This document shows positions 28,000 through 42,800 of a DNA stretch of 64,000 nucleotides, piece by piece. Origin of the DNA: Eledone cirrhosa (taxonomy: Eukaryota); the NCBI GenBank assembly GCA_964016885.1, contig OZ024741.1:6200001-6264000 (forward strand), given 5' to 3'. The notes under the pieces are model-generated. The model saw nothing but the letters and a program-made list of their open reading frames with translations, did not search any database and was not told the origin of the DNA. A program made the translations under genes and the position numbers. Every line of letters starts with the position of its first letter. The stretch's first letter is position 1.

Positions 28000-30900
28000 A
28001 CAGGTATAAAGGTATTCTGTACCTGACAGGTATAAAGGTATTCTGTTTCTGACAGGTATAGAGGTATTCTGTACCTGACAGGTATAAAGGTATTCTGTAC
28101 CTGACAGGTATAAAGGTATTCTGTACCTGACAGATATAAAGGTATTCTGTTCCTGACATGTATAAAGGTATTCTGTACCTGACATATATAAAGGTATTCT
28201 GTACCTGACAGGTATAAATTATTCTGTACCTGACAGGTATAAAGGTATTCTGTACCTGACAGGTATAAAGGTATTCTGTACCTGACAGGTATAAAGGTAT
28301 TCTGTACCTGACAGGTATAAAGGTATTCTGTACCTGAGAGATATAAAGGTATTCTGTACCGGACAGGTATAAAGGTATTCCGTACCTGACAGGTATAAAG
28401 GTATTCTGTACCTGACATGTATAAAGGTATTCTGTACCTGACAGATATAAAGGTATTCTGTTCCTGACATGTATAAAGGTATTCTGTGCCTGACAGATAT
28501 AGAGGTATTCTGTACCTGACAGGTATAAATTATTCTGTACCTGACAGGTATAAAGGTATTCTGTTCCTGACAGATGTAAAGGTATTCTGTTCCTGACAGA
28601 TGTAAAGGTATTCTGTACCTGACAGGTATAAAGGTATTCTGTACCTGACAGGTATAAAGGCATTCTGTTCCTGACAGATGTAAAGGTATTCTGTACCTGA
28701 CAGATGTAAAGGTATTCTGTACCTGACAGGTATAAAGGTATTCTGTACCTGACAGGTATAAAGGTATTCTGTTTCTGACAGGTATAGAGGTATTCTGTAC
28801 CTGACAGGTATAGAGGTATTCTGTACCTGACAGATATAAAGGTATTCTGTTCCTGACATGTATAAAGGTATTCTGTAGCTGACAGATATAAATGTATTCT
28901 GTACCTGACAGGTATAAATTATTCTGTACCTGACAGGTATAAAGGTATTCTGTACCTGACAGGTATAAAAGTATTCTGTACCTGACAGGTATAACGGTAT
29001 TCTGTACCCGACAGGTATAAAGGTATTCTGTCCCTGACAGATAAAAAGGTATTCTGTACCTGACAGATGTAAAGGTATTCTTTACCTGACAGGTATAAAG
29101 GTATTCTGTACCTGACAGATGTAAAGGTATTCTGTTCCTGACAGATGTAAAGTTATTCTGTACCTGACAGATATAAGGGTATTCTGTACCTGACAGATGT
29201 AAAGGTATTCTGTACCTGACAGATGTAAAGGCATTCTGTACCTGACAGATGTAAAGGTATTCTGTACCTGACAGGTATAAAGGTATACTGTACCTGACAG
29301 GTATAAAGGTATTCTGTAGCTGACAGATGTAAAGGTATTCTGTACCTGACAGGTATAAAGGTATTCTGTACCTGACAGGTATAAAGGTATTCTGTTCCTT
29401 ACAGGTATAAAGGTATTCTGTACCTGACAGATGTAAAGGTATTCTGTACCTGACAGGTATAAAGGTATTCTGTACCTGACAGATATAAAAGTATTCTGTA
29501 CCTGACAGGTATAAAGGTATTCTGTACATGACAGGTATAAAGGTATTCTGTTCAAGACAGGTATAAAGGTATTATGTTCCTGACAAGTATAAAGATATTC
29601 TGTTCCTGACAGGTATAAAGGTATTCTGTACCTGACAGGTATAAAGGCATTCTGTACCTAACAGGAATGAAGGTATTCTGTTCCTGACAGTTGTAAAGGT
29701 ATTCTGTTCCTGACAGATGTAAAGGTATTCTGTACCTGACAGGTATAAAGGTATTCTGTTCCTGACAGATGTAAAGGTATTCTGTTCCTGACAGATGTAA
29801 AGGTATTCTGTACCTGACAGGTATAAAGGTATTCTGTTCCTGACAGATGTAAAGGTATTCTGTTCCTGACAGATGTAAAGGTATTCTGTACCTGACAGGT
29901 ATAAAGGTATTCTGTTCCTGACAGATGTAAAGGTATTCTGTTCCTGACAGATGTAAAGGTATTCTGTACCTGACAGGTATAAAGGTATTCTGTTCCTGAC
30001 AGATGTAAAGGTATTCTGTTCCTGACAGATGTAAAGGTATTCTGTACCTGACAGGTATAAAGGTATTCTGTACCTGACAGGTATAAAGGTATTCTGTTCC
30101 TGACAGATGTAAAGGTATTCTGTACCTGACAGATGTAAAGGTATTCTGTACCTGACAGGTATAAAGGTATTCTGTACCTGACAGGTATAAAGGTATTCTG
30201 TTCCTGACAGATGTAAAGGTATTCTGTTCCTGACAGGTATAAAGGTATTCTGTACCTGACAGGTATAAAGGTATTCTGTTCCTTACAGGTATAAAGGTAT
30301 TCTGTACCTGACAGATGTAAAGGTATTCTGTACCTGACAGGTATAAAGGTATTCTGTACCTGACAGGTATAAAGGTATTCTGTTTCTGACAGGTATAGAG
30401 GTATTCTGTACCTGACAGGTATAAAGGTATTCTGTACCTGACAGGTATAAAGGTATTCTGTACCTGACAGATATAAAGGTATTCTGTTCCTGACATGTAT
30501 AAAGGTATTCTGTACCTGACATATATAAAGGTATTCTGTACCTGACAGGTATAAATTATTCTGTACCTGACAGGTATAAAGGTATTCTGTACCTGACAGG
30601 TATAAAGGTATTCTGTACCTGACAGGTATAAAGGTATTCTGTACCTGACAGGTATAAAGGTATTCTGTACCTGAGAGATATAAAGGTATTCTGTACCGGA
30701 CAGGTATAAAGGTATTCCGTACCTGACAGGTATAAAGGTATTCTGTACCTGACATGTATAAAGGTATTCTGTACCTGACAGATATAAAGGTATTCTTTTC
30801 CTGACATGTATAAAGGTATTCTGTACCTGACAGATATAAAGGTATTCTGTACCTGACAGGTATAAATTATTCTGTACCTGACAGGTATAAAGGTATTCTG

Positions 30901-32550
30901 TTCCTGACAGATGTAAAGGTATTCTGTTCCTGACAGATGTAAAGGTATTCTGTACCTGACAGGTATAAAGGTATTCTGTACCTGACAGGTATAAAGGCAT
31001 TCTGTTCCTGACAGATGTAAAGGTATTCTGTACCTGACAGGTATAAAGGTATTCTGTACCTGACAGGTATAAAGGTATTCTGTTTCTGACAGGTATAGAG
31101 GTATTCTGTACCTGACAGGTATAAAGGTATTCTGTACCTGACAGGTATAGAGGTATTCTGTACCTGACAGATATAAAGGTATTCTGTTCCTGACATGTAT
31201 AAAGGTATTCTGTAGCTGACAGATATAAAGGTATTCTGTACCTGACAGGTATAAATTATTCTGTACCTGACAGGTATAAAGGTATTCTGTACCTGACAGG
31301 TATAAAGTATTCTGTACCTGACAGGTATAACGGTATTCTGTACCCGACAGGTATAAAGGTATTCTGTCCCTGACAGATAAAAAGGTATTCTGTACCTGAC
31401 AGATGTAAAGGTATTCTTTACCTGACAGGTATAAAGGTATTCTGTACCTGACAGATGTAAAGGTATTCTGTTCCTGACAGATGTAAAGTTATTCTGTACC
31501 TGACAGATATAAGGGTATTCTGTACCTGACAGATGTAAAGGTATTCTGTACCTGACAGATGTAAAGGTATTCTGTACCTGACAGATGTAAAGGTATTCTG
31601 TACCTGACAGGTATAAAGGTATACTGTACCTGACAGGTATAAAGGTATTCTGTAGCTGACAGATGTAAAGGTATTCTGTACCTGACAGGTATAAAGGTAT
31701 TCTGTACCTGACAGGTATAAAGGTATTCTGTTCCTTACAGGTATAAAGGTATTCTGTACCTGACAGATGTAAAGGTATTCTGTACCTGACAAGTATAAAG
31801 GTATTCTGTACCTGACAGATATAAAAGTATTCTGTACCTGACAGGTATAAAGGTATTCTGTACATGACAGGTATAAAGGTATTCTGTTCAAGACAGGTAT
31901 AAAGGTATTATGTTCCTGACAAGTATAAAGATATTCTGTTCCTGACAGGAATAAAGGTATTCTGTACCTGACAGGTATAAAGGCATTCTGTACCTAACAG
32001 GAATGAAGGTATTCTGTTCCTGACAGTTGTAAAGGTATTCTGTTCCTGACAGATGTAAAGGTATTCTGTACCTGACAGGTATAAAGGTATTCTGTTCCTG
32101 ACAGATGTAAAGGTATTCTGTTCCTGACAGATGTAAAGGTATTCTGTACCTGACAGGTATAAAGGTATTCTGTTCCTGACAGATGTAAAGGTATTCTGTT
32201 CCTGACAGATGTAAAGGTATTCTGTACCTGACAGGTATAAAGGTATTCTGTTCCTGACAGATGTAAAGGTATTCTGTTCCTGACAGATGTAAAGGTATTC
32301 TGTACCTGACAGGTATAAAGGTATTCTGTTCCTGACAGATGTAAAGGTATTCTGTTCCTGACAGATGTAAAGGTATTCTGTACCTGACAGGTATAAAGGT
32401 ATTCTGTACCTGACAGGTGTAAAGGTATTCTGTTCCTGACAGATGTAAAGGTATTCTGTACCTGACAGATGTAAAGGTATTCTGTACCTGACAGGTATAA
32501 AGGTATTCTGTACCTGACAGGTATAAAGGTATTCTGTTTCTGACAGGTAT
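28000..32550. repeat. Higher-order duplication with about 2336-bp offset; boundaries approximate
   Basis: ORF-track entries 29082..29555 and 31418..31891 are near-identical and 2336 apart. Shared variants ataacggt, ataagggt and gttcaagac occur in the same order. Confidence 0.75.
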
Positions 32551-33829
32551 AGAGGCATTCTGTACCTGACAGGTATAAAGGTATTCTGTACCTGACAGGT
32601 ATAAAGTTATTCTGTACCTAACAGATATAAAGGTATTCTGTTCCTGACATGTATAAAGGTATTCTGTACCTGACAGATATAAAGGTATTCTGTACCTGAC
32701 AGGTATAAAGGTTTTCCGTACCTGACAGGTATAAAGGTATTCTGTACCTGACAGATATAAAGTATTCTGTTCCTGACATGTATAAAGGTATTCTGTACCT
32801 GACAGATATAAAGGTATTCTGTACCTGACAGGTATAAATTATTCTGTACCTGACAGGTATAAAGGTATTCTGTTCCTGACAGATGTAAAGGTATTCTGTT
32901 CCTGACAGATGTAAAGGTATTCTGTACCTGACAGGTATAAAGGTATTCTGTACCTGACAGGTATAAAGGTATTCTGTTCCTGACAGATGTAAAGGTATTC
33001 TGTACCTGACAGATGTAAAGGTATTCTGTACCTGACAGGTATAAAGGTATTCTGTTCCTGACAGATGTAAAGGTATTCTGTTCCTGACAGATGTAAAGGT
33101 ATTCTGTACCTGACAGGTATAAAGGTATTCTGTACCTGACAGGTATAAAGTTATTCTGTTCCTGACAGATGTAAAGGTATTCTGTACCTGACAGATGTAA
33201 AGGTATTCTGTACCTGACAGGTATAAAGGTATTCTGTTCCTGACAGATGTAAAGGTATTCTGTACCTGACAGGTATAAAGGTATTCTGTTTCAGACAGGT
33301 ATAGAGGTATTCTGTACCTGACAGGTATAAAGGTATTCTGTACCTGACAGGTATAAAGGTATTCTGTACCTGACAGATATAAAGGTATTCTGTTCCTGAC
33401 ATGTATAAAGGTATTCTGTACCTGACAGATATAAAGGTATTCTGTACCTGACAGGTATAGATTATTCTGTACCTGACAGGTATAAAGGTATTCTGTACCT
33501 GACAGGTATAAAGTTATTCTGTACCTGACAGGTATAAAGGTATTCTGTACCTGACAGGTATAAAGGTATTCTGTACCTGACAGGTATAAAGGTATTCTGT
33601 ACCTGACAGATATAAAGGTATTCTGTTCCTGACATGTATAAAGGTATTCTGTACCTGACAGATATAAAGGTATTCTGTACCTGACAGGTATAAAGGTATT
33701 CTCTACCTGACAGGTATAAAGGTATTCTCTACCTGACAAGTATAAAGGTATTCTCTACCTGACAGGTATAAAGGTATTCTGTACCTGAGAGATATAAAGG
33801 TATTCTGTACCTGACAGATATAGAGGTAT

Positions 33830-36800
33830 TCTGTACCTGACAGGTATAAAGGTATGCTGTACCTGACAGATGTAAAGGTATACTGTACCTGACAGATGTA
33901 AAGGTATTCTGTACCTGACAGGTATAAAGGTATTCTGTAGCTGACAGGTATAAAGTTATTCTGTCCCTGACAGATAAAAAGGTATTCTGTACCTGACAGA
34001 TGTAAAGGTATTCTTTACCTGACAGATATAAAGGTATTCTGTACCTGACAGATGTAAAGGTATTCTGTTCCTGACAGATGTAAATTTTTTCTGTACCTGA
34101 CAGATGTAAAGGTATTCTGTTCCTGACAGATATAAAGGTATTCTGTTCCTGACAGATGTAAAGGTATTCTATACCTGACAGATGTAAAGGTATTCTGTAC
34201 CTCACAGATGTAATGGTATTCTGTACCTGACAGGTATAAAGGTATTCTGTACCTGACAGATGTAAAGGTATTCTGTTCCTGACAGGTATAAAGGTATTCT
34301 GTACCTGACAGATGTAAAGGTATTCTGTACCTGACAGGTATAAAGGTATTCTGTTCCTGACAGATGTAAAGGTATTCTGTTCCTGACAGATGTAAAGGTA
34401 TTCTGTACCTGACAGGTATAAAGGTATTCTGTACCTGACAGGTATAAAGGTATTCTGTTCCTGACAGATGTAAAGGTATTCTGTACCTGACAGATGTAAA
34501 GGTATTCTGTACCTGACAGGTATATAGGTATTCTGTACCTGACAGGTATAAAGGTATTCTGTTCAAGACAGGTATAAAAGTATTATGTTCCTGACAGGTA
34601 TAAAGGTATTTTCTTTCTGACAGGTATAAAGATAGTCTGTTCCTGACAGGTATAAAGGTATTCTGTACTTGACAGGTATAAGGGTATTCTGTACCTGACA
34701 GATGTAAAGGCATTCTGTACTTGACAGATGTAAAGGTATTCTGTACCTGTCAGATGTAAAGGTATTCTGTACCTGACAGGTATAAAGGTATTCTGTACCT
34801 GACAGATGTAAAGGTATTCTGTACCTGACAGGTATGAAGGTATTCTGTTCCTGACAGATGTAAAGGTATTCTGTACCTGACAGGTATAAAGGTATTCTGT
34901 ACCTGACAGGTATAAAGGTATTCTGTTCCTGACAGATATAAAGGTATTCTGTACCTGACAGATATAAAATATTCTGTACCTGACAGATGTAAAGGTATTC
35001 TGTTGCTGACAGATGTAAAGGTATTCTGTACCTGACAGGTATAAAGGTATTCTGTACCTGACAGGTATAAAGGTATTCTGTTCCTGACAGATGTAAAGGT
35101 ATTCTGTACCTGACAGGTATAAAGGTATTCTGTTCCTGACAAGTAAAAAGGTATTTTGTTTCTGACAGGTATAAAGATATTCTGTTCCTGACAGGTATAA
35201 AGGTATTCTGTACCTGACAGGTATAAAGGCATTCTGTACCTGACAGGAATGAAGGTATTCTGTTCCTGACAGTTGTAAAGGTATTCTGTTCCTGACAGAT
35301 GTAAAGGTATTCTGTACCTGACAGGTATAAAGGTATTCTGTTCCTGACAGATTTAAAGGTATTCTGTTCCTGACAGATGTAAAGGTATTCTGTACCTGAC
35401 AGGTATAAAGGTATTCTGTACCTGACAGGTATAAAGGTATTCTGTTCCTGACAGATGTAAAGGTATTCTGTACCTGACAGATGTAAAGGTATTCTGTACC
35501 TGACAGATATAAAGGTATTCTGTACCTGACAGGTATAAAGGTATTCTGTTTCTGACAGGTATAGAGGTATTCTGTACCTGACAGGTATAAAGGTATTCTC
35601 TACCTGACAGGTATAAAGGTATTCTGTACCTGACAGATATAAAGGTATTCTGTTCCTGACATGTATAAAGGTATTCTGTACCTGACATATATAAAGGTAT
35701 TCTGTACCTGACAGGTATAAATTATTCTGTACCTGACAGGTATAAAGGTATTCTGTACCTGACAGGTATAAAGGTATTCTGTACCTGACAGGTATAAAGG
35801 TATTCTGTACCTGACAGGTATAAAGGTATTCTGTACCTGAGAGATATAAAGGTATTCTGTACCGGACAGGTATAAAGGTATTCCGTACCTGACAGGTATA
35901 AAGGTATTCTGTACCTGACAGGTATAAAGGTATTCTGTACCTGACAGATATAAAGGTATTCTGTTCCTGACATGTATAAAGGTATTCTGTACCTGACAGA
36001 TATAAAGGTATTCTGTACCTGACAGGTATAAATTATTCTGTACCTGACAGATATAAAGGTATTCTGTTCCTGACAGATGTAAAGGTATTCTGTACCTGAC
36101 AGATGTAAAGGTATTCTGTACCTGACAGGTATAAAGGTATTCTGTACCTGACAGGTATAAAGGTATTCTGTAGGTGACAGATGTAAAGGTATTCTGTACC
36201 TGACAGGTATAAAGGTATTCTGTAGGTGACAGATGTAAAGGTATTCTGTACCTGACAGGTATAAAGGTATTCTGTTCCTTACAGGTATAAAGGTATTCTG
36301 TACCTGACAGATGTAAAGGTATTCTGTACCTGACAGGTATGAAGGTATTCTGTACCTGACAGGTATAGATTATTCTGTACCTGACAGGTATAAAGGTATT
36401 CTGTACCTGACAGGTATAAAGTTATTCTGTACCTGACAGGTATAAAGGTATTCTGTACCTGACAGGTATAAAGGTATTCTGTACCTGACAGGTATAAAGG
36501 TATTCTGTACCTGACAGATATAAAGGTATTCTGTTCCTGACATGTATAAAGGTATTCTGTACCTGACAGATATAAAGGTATTCTGTACCTGACAGGTATA
36601 AAGGTATTCTCTACCTGACAGGTATGAAGGTATTCTCTACCTGACAAGTATAAAGGTATTCTCTACCTGACAGGTATAAAGGTATTCTGTACCTGAGAGA
36701 TATAAAGGTATTCTGTACCTGACAGATATAGAGGTATTCTGTACCTGACAGGTATAAAGGTATGCTGTACCTGACAGATGTAAAGGTATACTGTACCTGA

Positions 36801-39800
36801 CAGATGTAAAGGTATTCTGTACCTGACAGGTATAAAGGTATTCTGTAGCTGACAGGTATAAAGTTATTCTGTCCCTGACAGATAAAAAGGTATTCTGTAC
36901 CTGACAGATGTAAAGGTATTCTTTACCTGACAGATATAAAGGTATTCTGTACCTGACAGATGTAAAGGTATTCTGTTCCTGACAGATGTAAATTTTTTCT
37001 GTACCTGACAGATGTAAAGGTATTCTGTTCCTGACAGATATAAAGGTATTCTGTTCCTGACAGATGTAAAGGTATTCTATACCTGACAGATGTAAAGGTA
37101 TTCTGTACCTCACAGATGTAATAGTATTCTGTACCTGACAGGTATAAAGGTATTCTGTACCTGACAGATGTAAAGGTATTCTGTTCCTGACAGGTATAAA
37201 GGTATTCTGTACCTGACAGATGTAAAGGTATTCTGTACCTGACAGGTATAAAGGTATTCTGTTCCTGACAGATGTAAAGGTATTCTGTTCCTGACAGATG
37301 TAAAGGTATTCTGTACCTGACAGGTATAAAGGTATTCTGTACCTGACAGGTATAAAGGTATTCTGTTCCTGACAGATGTAAAGGTATTCTGTACCTGACA
37401 GATGTAAAGGTATTCTGTACCTGACAGGTATATAGGTATTCTGTACCTGACAGGTATAAAGGTATTCTGTTCAAGACAGGTATAAAAGTATTATGTTCCT
37501 GACAGGTATAAAGGTATTTTCTTTCTGACAGGTATAAAGATAGTCTGTTCCTGACAGGTATAAAGGTATTCTGTACTTGACAGGTATAAGGGTATTCTGT
37601 ACCTGACAGATGTAAAGGCATTCTGTACTTGACAGATGTAAAGGTATTCTGTACCTGTCAGATGTAAAGGTATTCTGTACCTGACAGGTATAAAGGTATT
37701 CTGTACCTGACAGATGTAAAGGTATTCTGTACCTGACAGGTATGAAGGTATTCTGTTCCTGACAGATGTAAAGGTATTCTGTACCTGACAGGTATAAAGG
37801 TATTCTGTACCTGACAGGTATAAAGGTATTCTGTTCCTGACAGATATAAAGGTATTCTGTACCTGACAGATATAAAATATTCTGTACCTGACAGATGTAA
37901 AGGTATTCTGTTGCTGACAGATGTAAAGGTATTCTGTACCTGACAGGTATAAAGGTATTCTGTACCTGACAGGTATAAAGGTATTCTGTTCCTGACAGAT
38001 GTAAAGGTATTCTGTACCTGACAGGTATAAAGGTATTCTGTTCCTGACAAGTAAAAAGGTATTTTGTTTCTGACAGGTATAAAGATATTCTGTTCCTGAC
38101 AGGTATAAAGGTATTCTGTACCTGACAGGTATAAAGGCATTCTGTAACTGACAGGAATGAAGGTATTCTGTTCCTGACAGTTGTAAAGGTATTCTGTTCC
38201 TGACAGATGTAAAGGTATTCTGTACCTGACAGGTATAAAGGTATTCTGTTCCTGACAGATTTAAAGGTATTCTGTTCCTGACAGATGTAAAGGTATTCTG
38301 TACCTGACAGGTATAAAGGTATTCTGTACCTGACAGGTATAAAGGTATTCTGTTCCTGACAGATGTAAAGGTATTCTGTACCTGACAGATGTAAAGGTAT
38401 TCTGTACCTGACAGATATAAAGGTATTCTGTACCTGACAGGTATAAAGGTATTCTGTTTCTGACAGGTATAGAGGTATTCTGTACCTGACAGGTATAAAG
38501 GTATTCTCTACCTGACAGGTATAAAGGTATTCTGTACCTGACAGATATAAAGGTATTCTGTTCCTCACATGTATAAAGGTATTCTGTACCTGACATATAT
38601 AAAGGTATTCTGTACCTGACAGGTATAAATTATTCTGTACCTGACAGGTATAAAGGTATTCTGTACCTGACAGGTATAAAGGTATTCTGTACCTGACAGG
38701 TATAAAGGTATTCTGTACCTGACAGGTATAAAGGTATTCTGTACCTGAGAGATATAAAGGTATTCTGTACCGGACAGGTATAAAGGTATTCCGTACCTGA
38801 CAGGTATAAAGGTATTCTGTACCTGACAGGTATAAAGGTATTCTGTACCTGACAGATATAAAGGTATTCTGTTCCTGACATGTATAAAGGTATTCTGTAC
38901 CTGACAGATATAAAGGTATTCTGTACCTGTCAGGTATAAATTATTCTGTACCTGACAGATATAAAGGTATTCTGTTCCTGACAAATGTAAAGGTATTCTG
39001 TTCCTGACAGATGTAAAGGTATTCTGTACCTGACAGGTATAAAGGTATGCTGTACCTGACAGATGTAAAGGTATACTGTACCTGACAGATGTAAAGGTAT
39101 TCTGTACCTGACAGGTATAAAGGTATTCTGTAGCTGACAGGTATAAAGTTATTCTGTCCCTGACAGATAAAAAGGTATTCTGTACCTGACAGATGTAAAG
39201 GCATTCTTTACCTGACAGATATAAAGGTATTCTGTACCTGACAGATGTAAAGGTATTCTGTTCCTGACAGATGTGAATTTTTTCTGTACCTGACAGATGT
39301 AAAGGTATTCTGTTCCTGACAGATATAAAGGTATTCTGTTCCTGACAGATGTAAAGGTATTCTATACCTGACAGATGTAAAGGTATTCTGTACCTGACAG
39401 ATGTAAAGGTATTCTGTACCTCACAGATGTAATGGTATTCTGTACCTGACAGGTATAAAGGTATTCTGTACCTGACAGATGTAAAGGTATTCTGTTCCTG
39501 ACAGGTATAAAGGTATTCTGTACCTGACAGATGTAAAGGTATTATGTACCTGACAGGTATAAAGGTATTCTGTTCCTGACAGATGTAAAGGTATTCTGTT
39601 CCTGACAGATGTAAAGGTATTCTGTACCTGACAGGTATAAAGGTATTCTGTACCTGACAGGTATAAAGGTATTCTGTTCCTGACAGATGTAAAGGTATTC
39701 TGTACCTGACAGATGTAAAGGTATTCTGTACCTGACAGGTATATAGGTATTCTGTACCTGACAGGTATAAAGGTATTCTGTTCAAGACAGGTATAAAAGT

Positions 39801-42800
39801 ATTATGTTCCTGACAGGTATAAAGGTATTTTCTTTCTGACAGGTATAAAGATAGTCTGTTCCTGACAGGTATAAAGGTATTCTGTACTTGACAGGTATAA
39901 GGGTATTCTGTACCTGACAGATGTAAAGGCATTCTGTACTTGACAGATGTAAAGGTATTCTGTACCTGTCAGATGTAAAGGTATTCTGTACCTGACAGGT
40001 ATAAAGGTATTCTGTACCTGACAGATGTAAAGGTATTCTGTACCTGACAGGTATGAAGGTATTCTGTTCCTGACAGATGTAAAGGTATTCTGTACCTGAC
40101 AGGTATAAAGGTATTCTGTACCTGACAGGTATAAAGGTATTCTGTTCCTGACAGATATAAAGGTATTCTGTACCTGACAGATATAAAATATTCTGTACCT
40201 GACAGATGTAAAGGTATTCTGTTGCTGACAGATGTAAAGGTATTCTGTACCTGACAGGTATAAAGGTATTCTGTACCTGACAGGTATAAAGGTATTCTGT
40301 TCCTGACAGATGTAAAGGTATTCTGTACCTGACAGGTATAAAGGTATTCTGTTCCTGACAAGTAAAAAGGTATTTTGTTTCTGACAGGTATAAAGATATT
40401 CTGTTCCTGACAGGTATAAAGGTATTCTGTACCTGACAGGTATAAAGGCATTCTGTACCTGACAGGAATGAAGGTATTCTGTTCCTGACAGTTGTAAAGG
40501 TATTCTGTTCCTGACAGATGTAAAGGTATTCTGTACCTGACAGGTATAAAGGTATTCTGTTCCTGACAGATTTAAAGGTATTCTGTTCCTGACAGATGTA
40601 AAGGTATTCTGTACCTGACAGGTATAAAGGTATTCTGTACCTGACAGGTATAAAGGTATTCTGTTCCTGACAGATGTAAAGGTATTCTGTACCTGACAGA
40701 TGTAAAGGTATTCTGTACCTGACAGATATAAAGGTATTCTGTACCTGACAGGTATAAAGGTATTCTGTTTCTGACAGGTATAGAGGTATTCTGTACCTGA
40801 CAGGTATAAAGGTATTCTCTACCTGACAGGTATAAAGGTATTCTGTACCTGACAGATATAAAGGTATTCTGTTCCTGACATGTATAAAGGTATTCTGTAC
40901 CTGACATATATAAAGGTATTCTGTACCTGACAGGTATAAATTATTCTGTACCTGACAGGTATAAAGGTATTCTGTACCTGACAGGTATAAAGGTATTCTG
41001 TACCTGACAGGTATAAAGGTATTCTGTACCTGACAGGTATAAAGGTATTCTGTACCTGAGAGGTATAAAGGTATTCTGTACCTGACAGATATAAAGGTAT
41101 TCTGTTCCTGACATGTATAAAGGTATTCTGTACCTGACAGATATAAAGGTATTCTGTACCTGACAGGTATAAATTATTCTGTACCTGACAGATATAAAGG
41201 TATTCTGTTCCTGACAGATGTAAAGGTATTCTGTACCTGACAGATGTAAAGGTATTCTGTACCTGACAGGTATAAAGGTATTCTGTACCTGACAGGTATA
41301 AAGGTATTCTGTAGGTGACAGATGTAAAGGTATTCTGTACCTGACAGGTATAAAGGTATTCTGTTCCTTACAGGTATAAAGGTATTCTGTACCTGACAGA
41401 TGTAAAGGTATTCTGTACCTGACAGGTATGAAGGTATTCTGTACCTGACAGGTATAGATTATTCTGTACCTGACAGGTATAAAGGTATTCTGTACCTGAC
41501 AGGTATAAAGTTATTCTGTACCTGACAGGTATAAAGGTATTCTGTACCTGACAGGTATAAAGGTATTCTGTACCTGACAGGTATAAAGGTATTCTGTACC
41601 TGACAGATATAAAGGTATTCTGTTCCTGACATGTATAAAGGTATTCTGTACCTGACAGATATAAAGGTATTCTGTACCTGACAGGTATAAAGGTATTCTC
41701 TACCTGACAGGTATAAAGGTATTCTCTACCTGACAAGTATAAAGGTATTCTCTACCTGACAGGTATAAAGGTATTCTGTACCTGAGAGATATAAAGGTAT
41801 TCTGTACCTGACAGATATAGAGGTATTCTGTACCTGACAGGTATAAAGGTATGCTGTACCTGACAGATGTAAAGGTATACTGTACCTGACAGATGTAAAG
41901 GTATTCTGTACCTGACAGGTATAAAGGTATTCTGTAGCTGACAGGTATAAAGTTATTCTGTCCCTGACAGATAAAAAGGTATTCTGTACCTGACAGATGT
42001 AAAGGTATTCTTTACCTGACAGATATAAAGGTATTCTGTACCTGACAGATGTAAAGGTATTCTGTTCCTGACAGATGTAAATTTTTTCTGTACCTGACAG
42101 ATGTAAAGGTATTCTGTTCCTGACAGATATAAAGGTATTCTGTTCCTGACAGATGTAAAGGTATTCTATACCTGACAGATGTAAAGGTATTCTGTACCTC
42201 ACAGATGTAATGGTATTCTGTACCTGACAGGTATAAAGGTATTCTGTACCTGACAGATGTAAAGGTATTCTGTTCCTGACAGGTATAAAGGTATTCTGTA
42301 CCTGACAGATGTAAAGGTATTCTGTACCTGACAGGTATAAAGGTATTCTGTTCCTGACAGATGTAAAGGTATTCTGTTCCTGACAGATGTAAAGGTATTC
42401 TGTACCTGACAGGTATAAAGGTATTCTGTACCTGACAGGTATAAAGGTATTCTGTTCCTGACAGATGTAAAGGTATTCTGTACCTGACAGATGTAAAGGT
42501 ATTCTGTACCTGACAGGTATATAGGTATTCTGTACCTGACAGGTATAAAGGTATTCTGTTCAAGACAGGTATAAAAGTATTATGTTCCTGACAGGTATAA
42601 AGGTATTTTCTTTCTGACAGGTATAAAGATAGTCTGTTCCTGACAGGTATAAAGGTATTCTGTACTTGACAGGTATAAGGGTATTCTGTACCTGACAGAT
42701 GTAAAGGCATTCTGTACTTGACAGATGTAAAGGTATTCTGTACCTGTCAGATGTAAAGGTATTCTGTACCTGACAGGTATAAAGGTATTCTGTACCTGAC

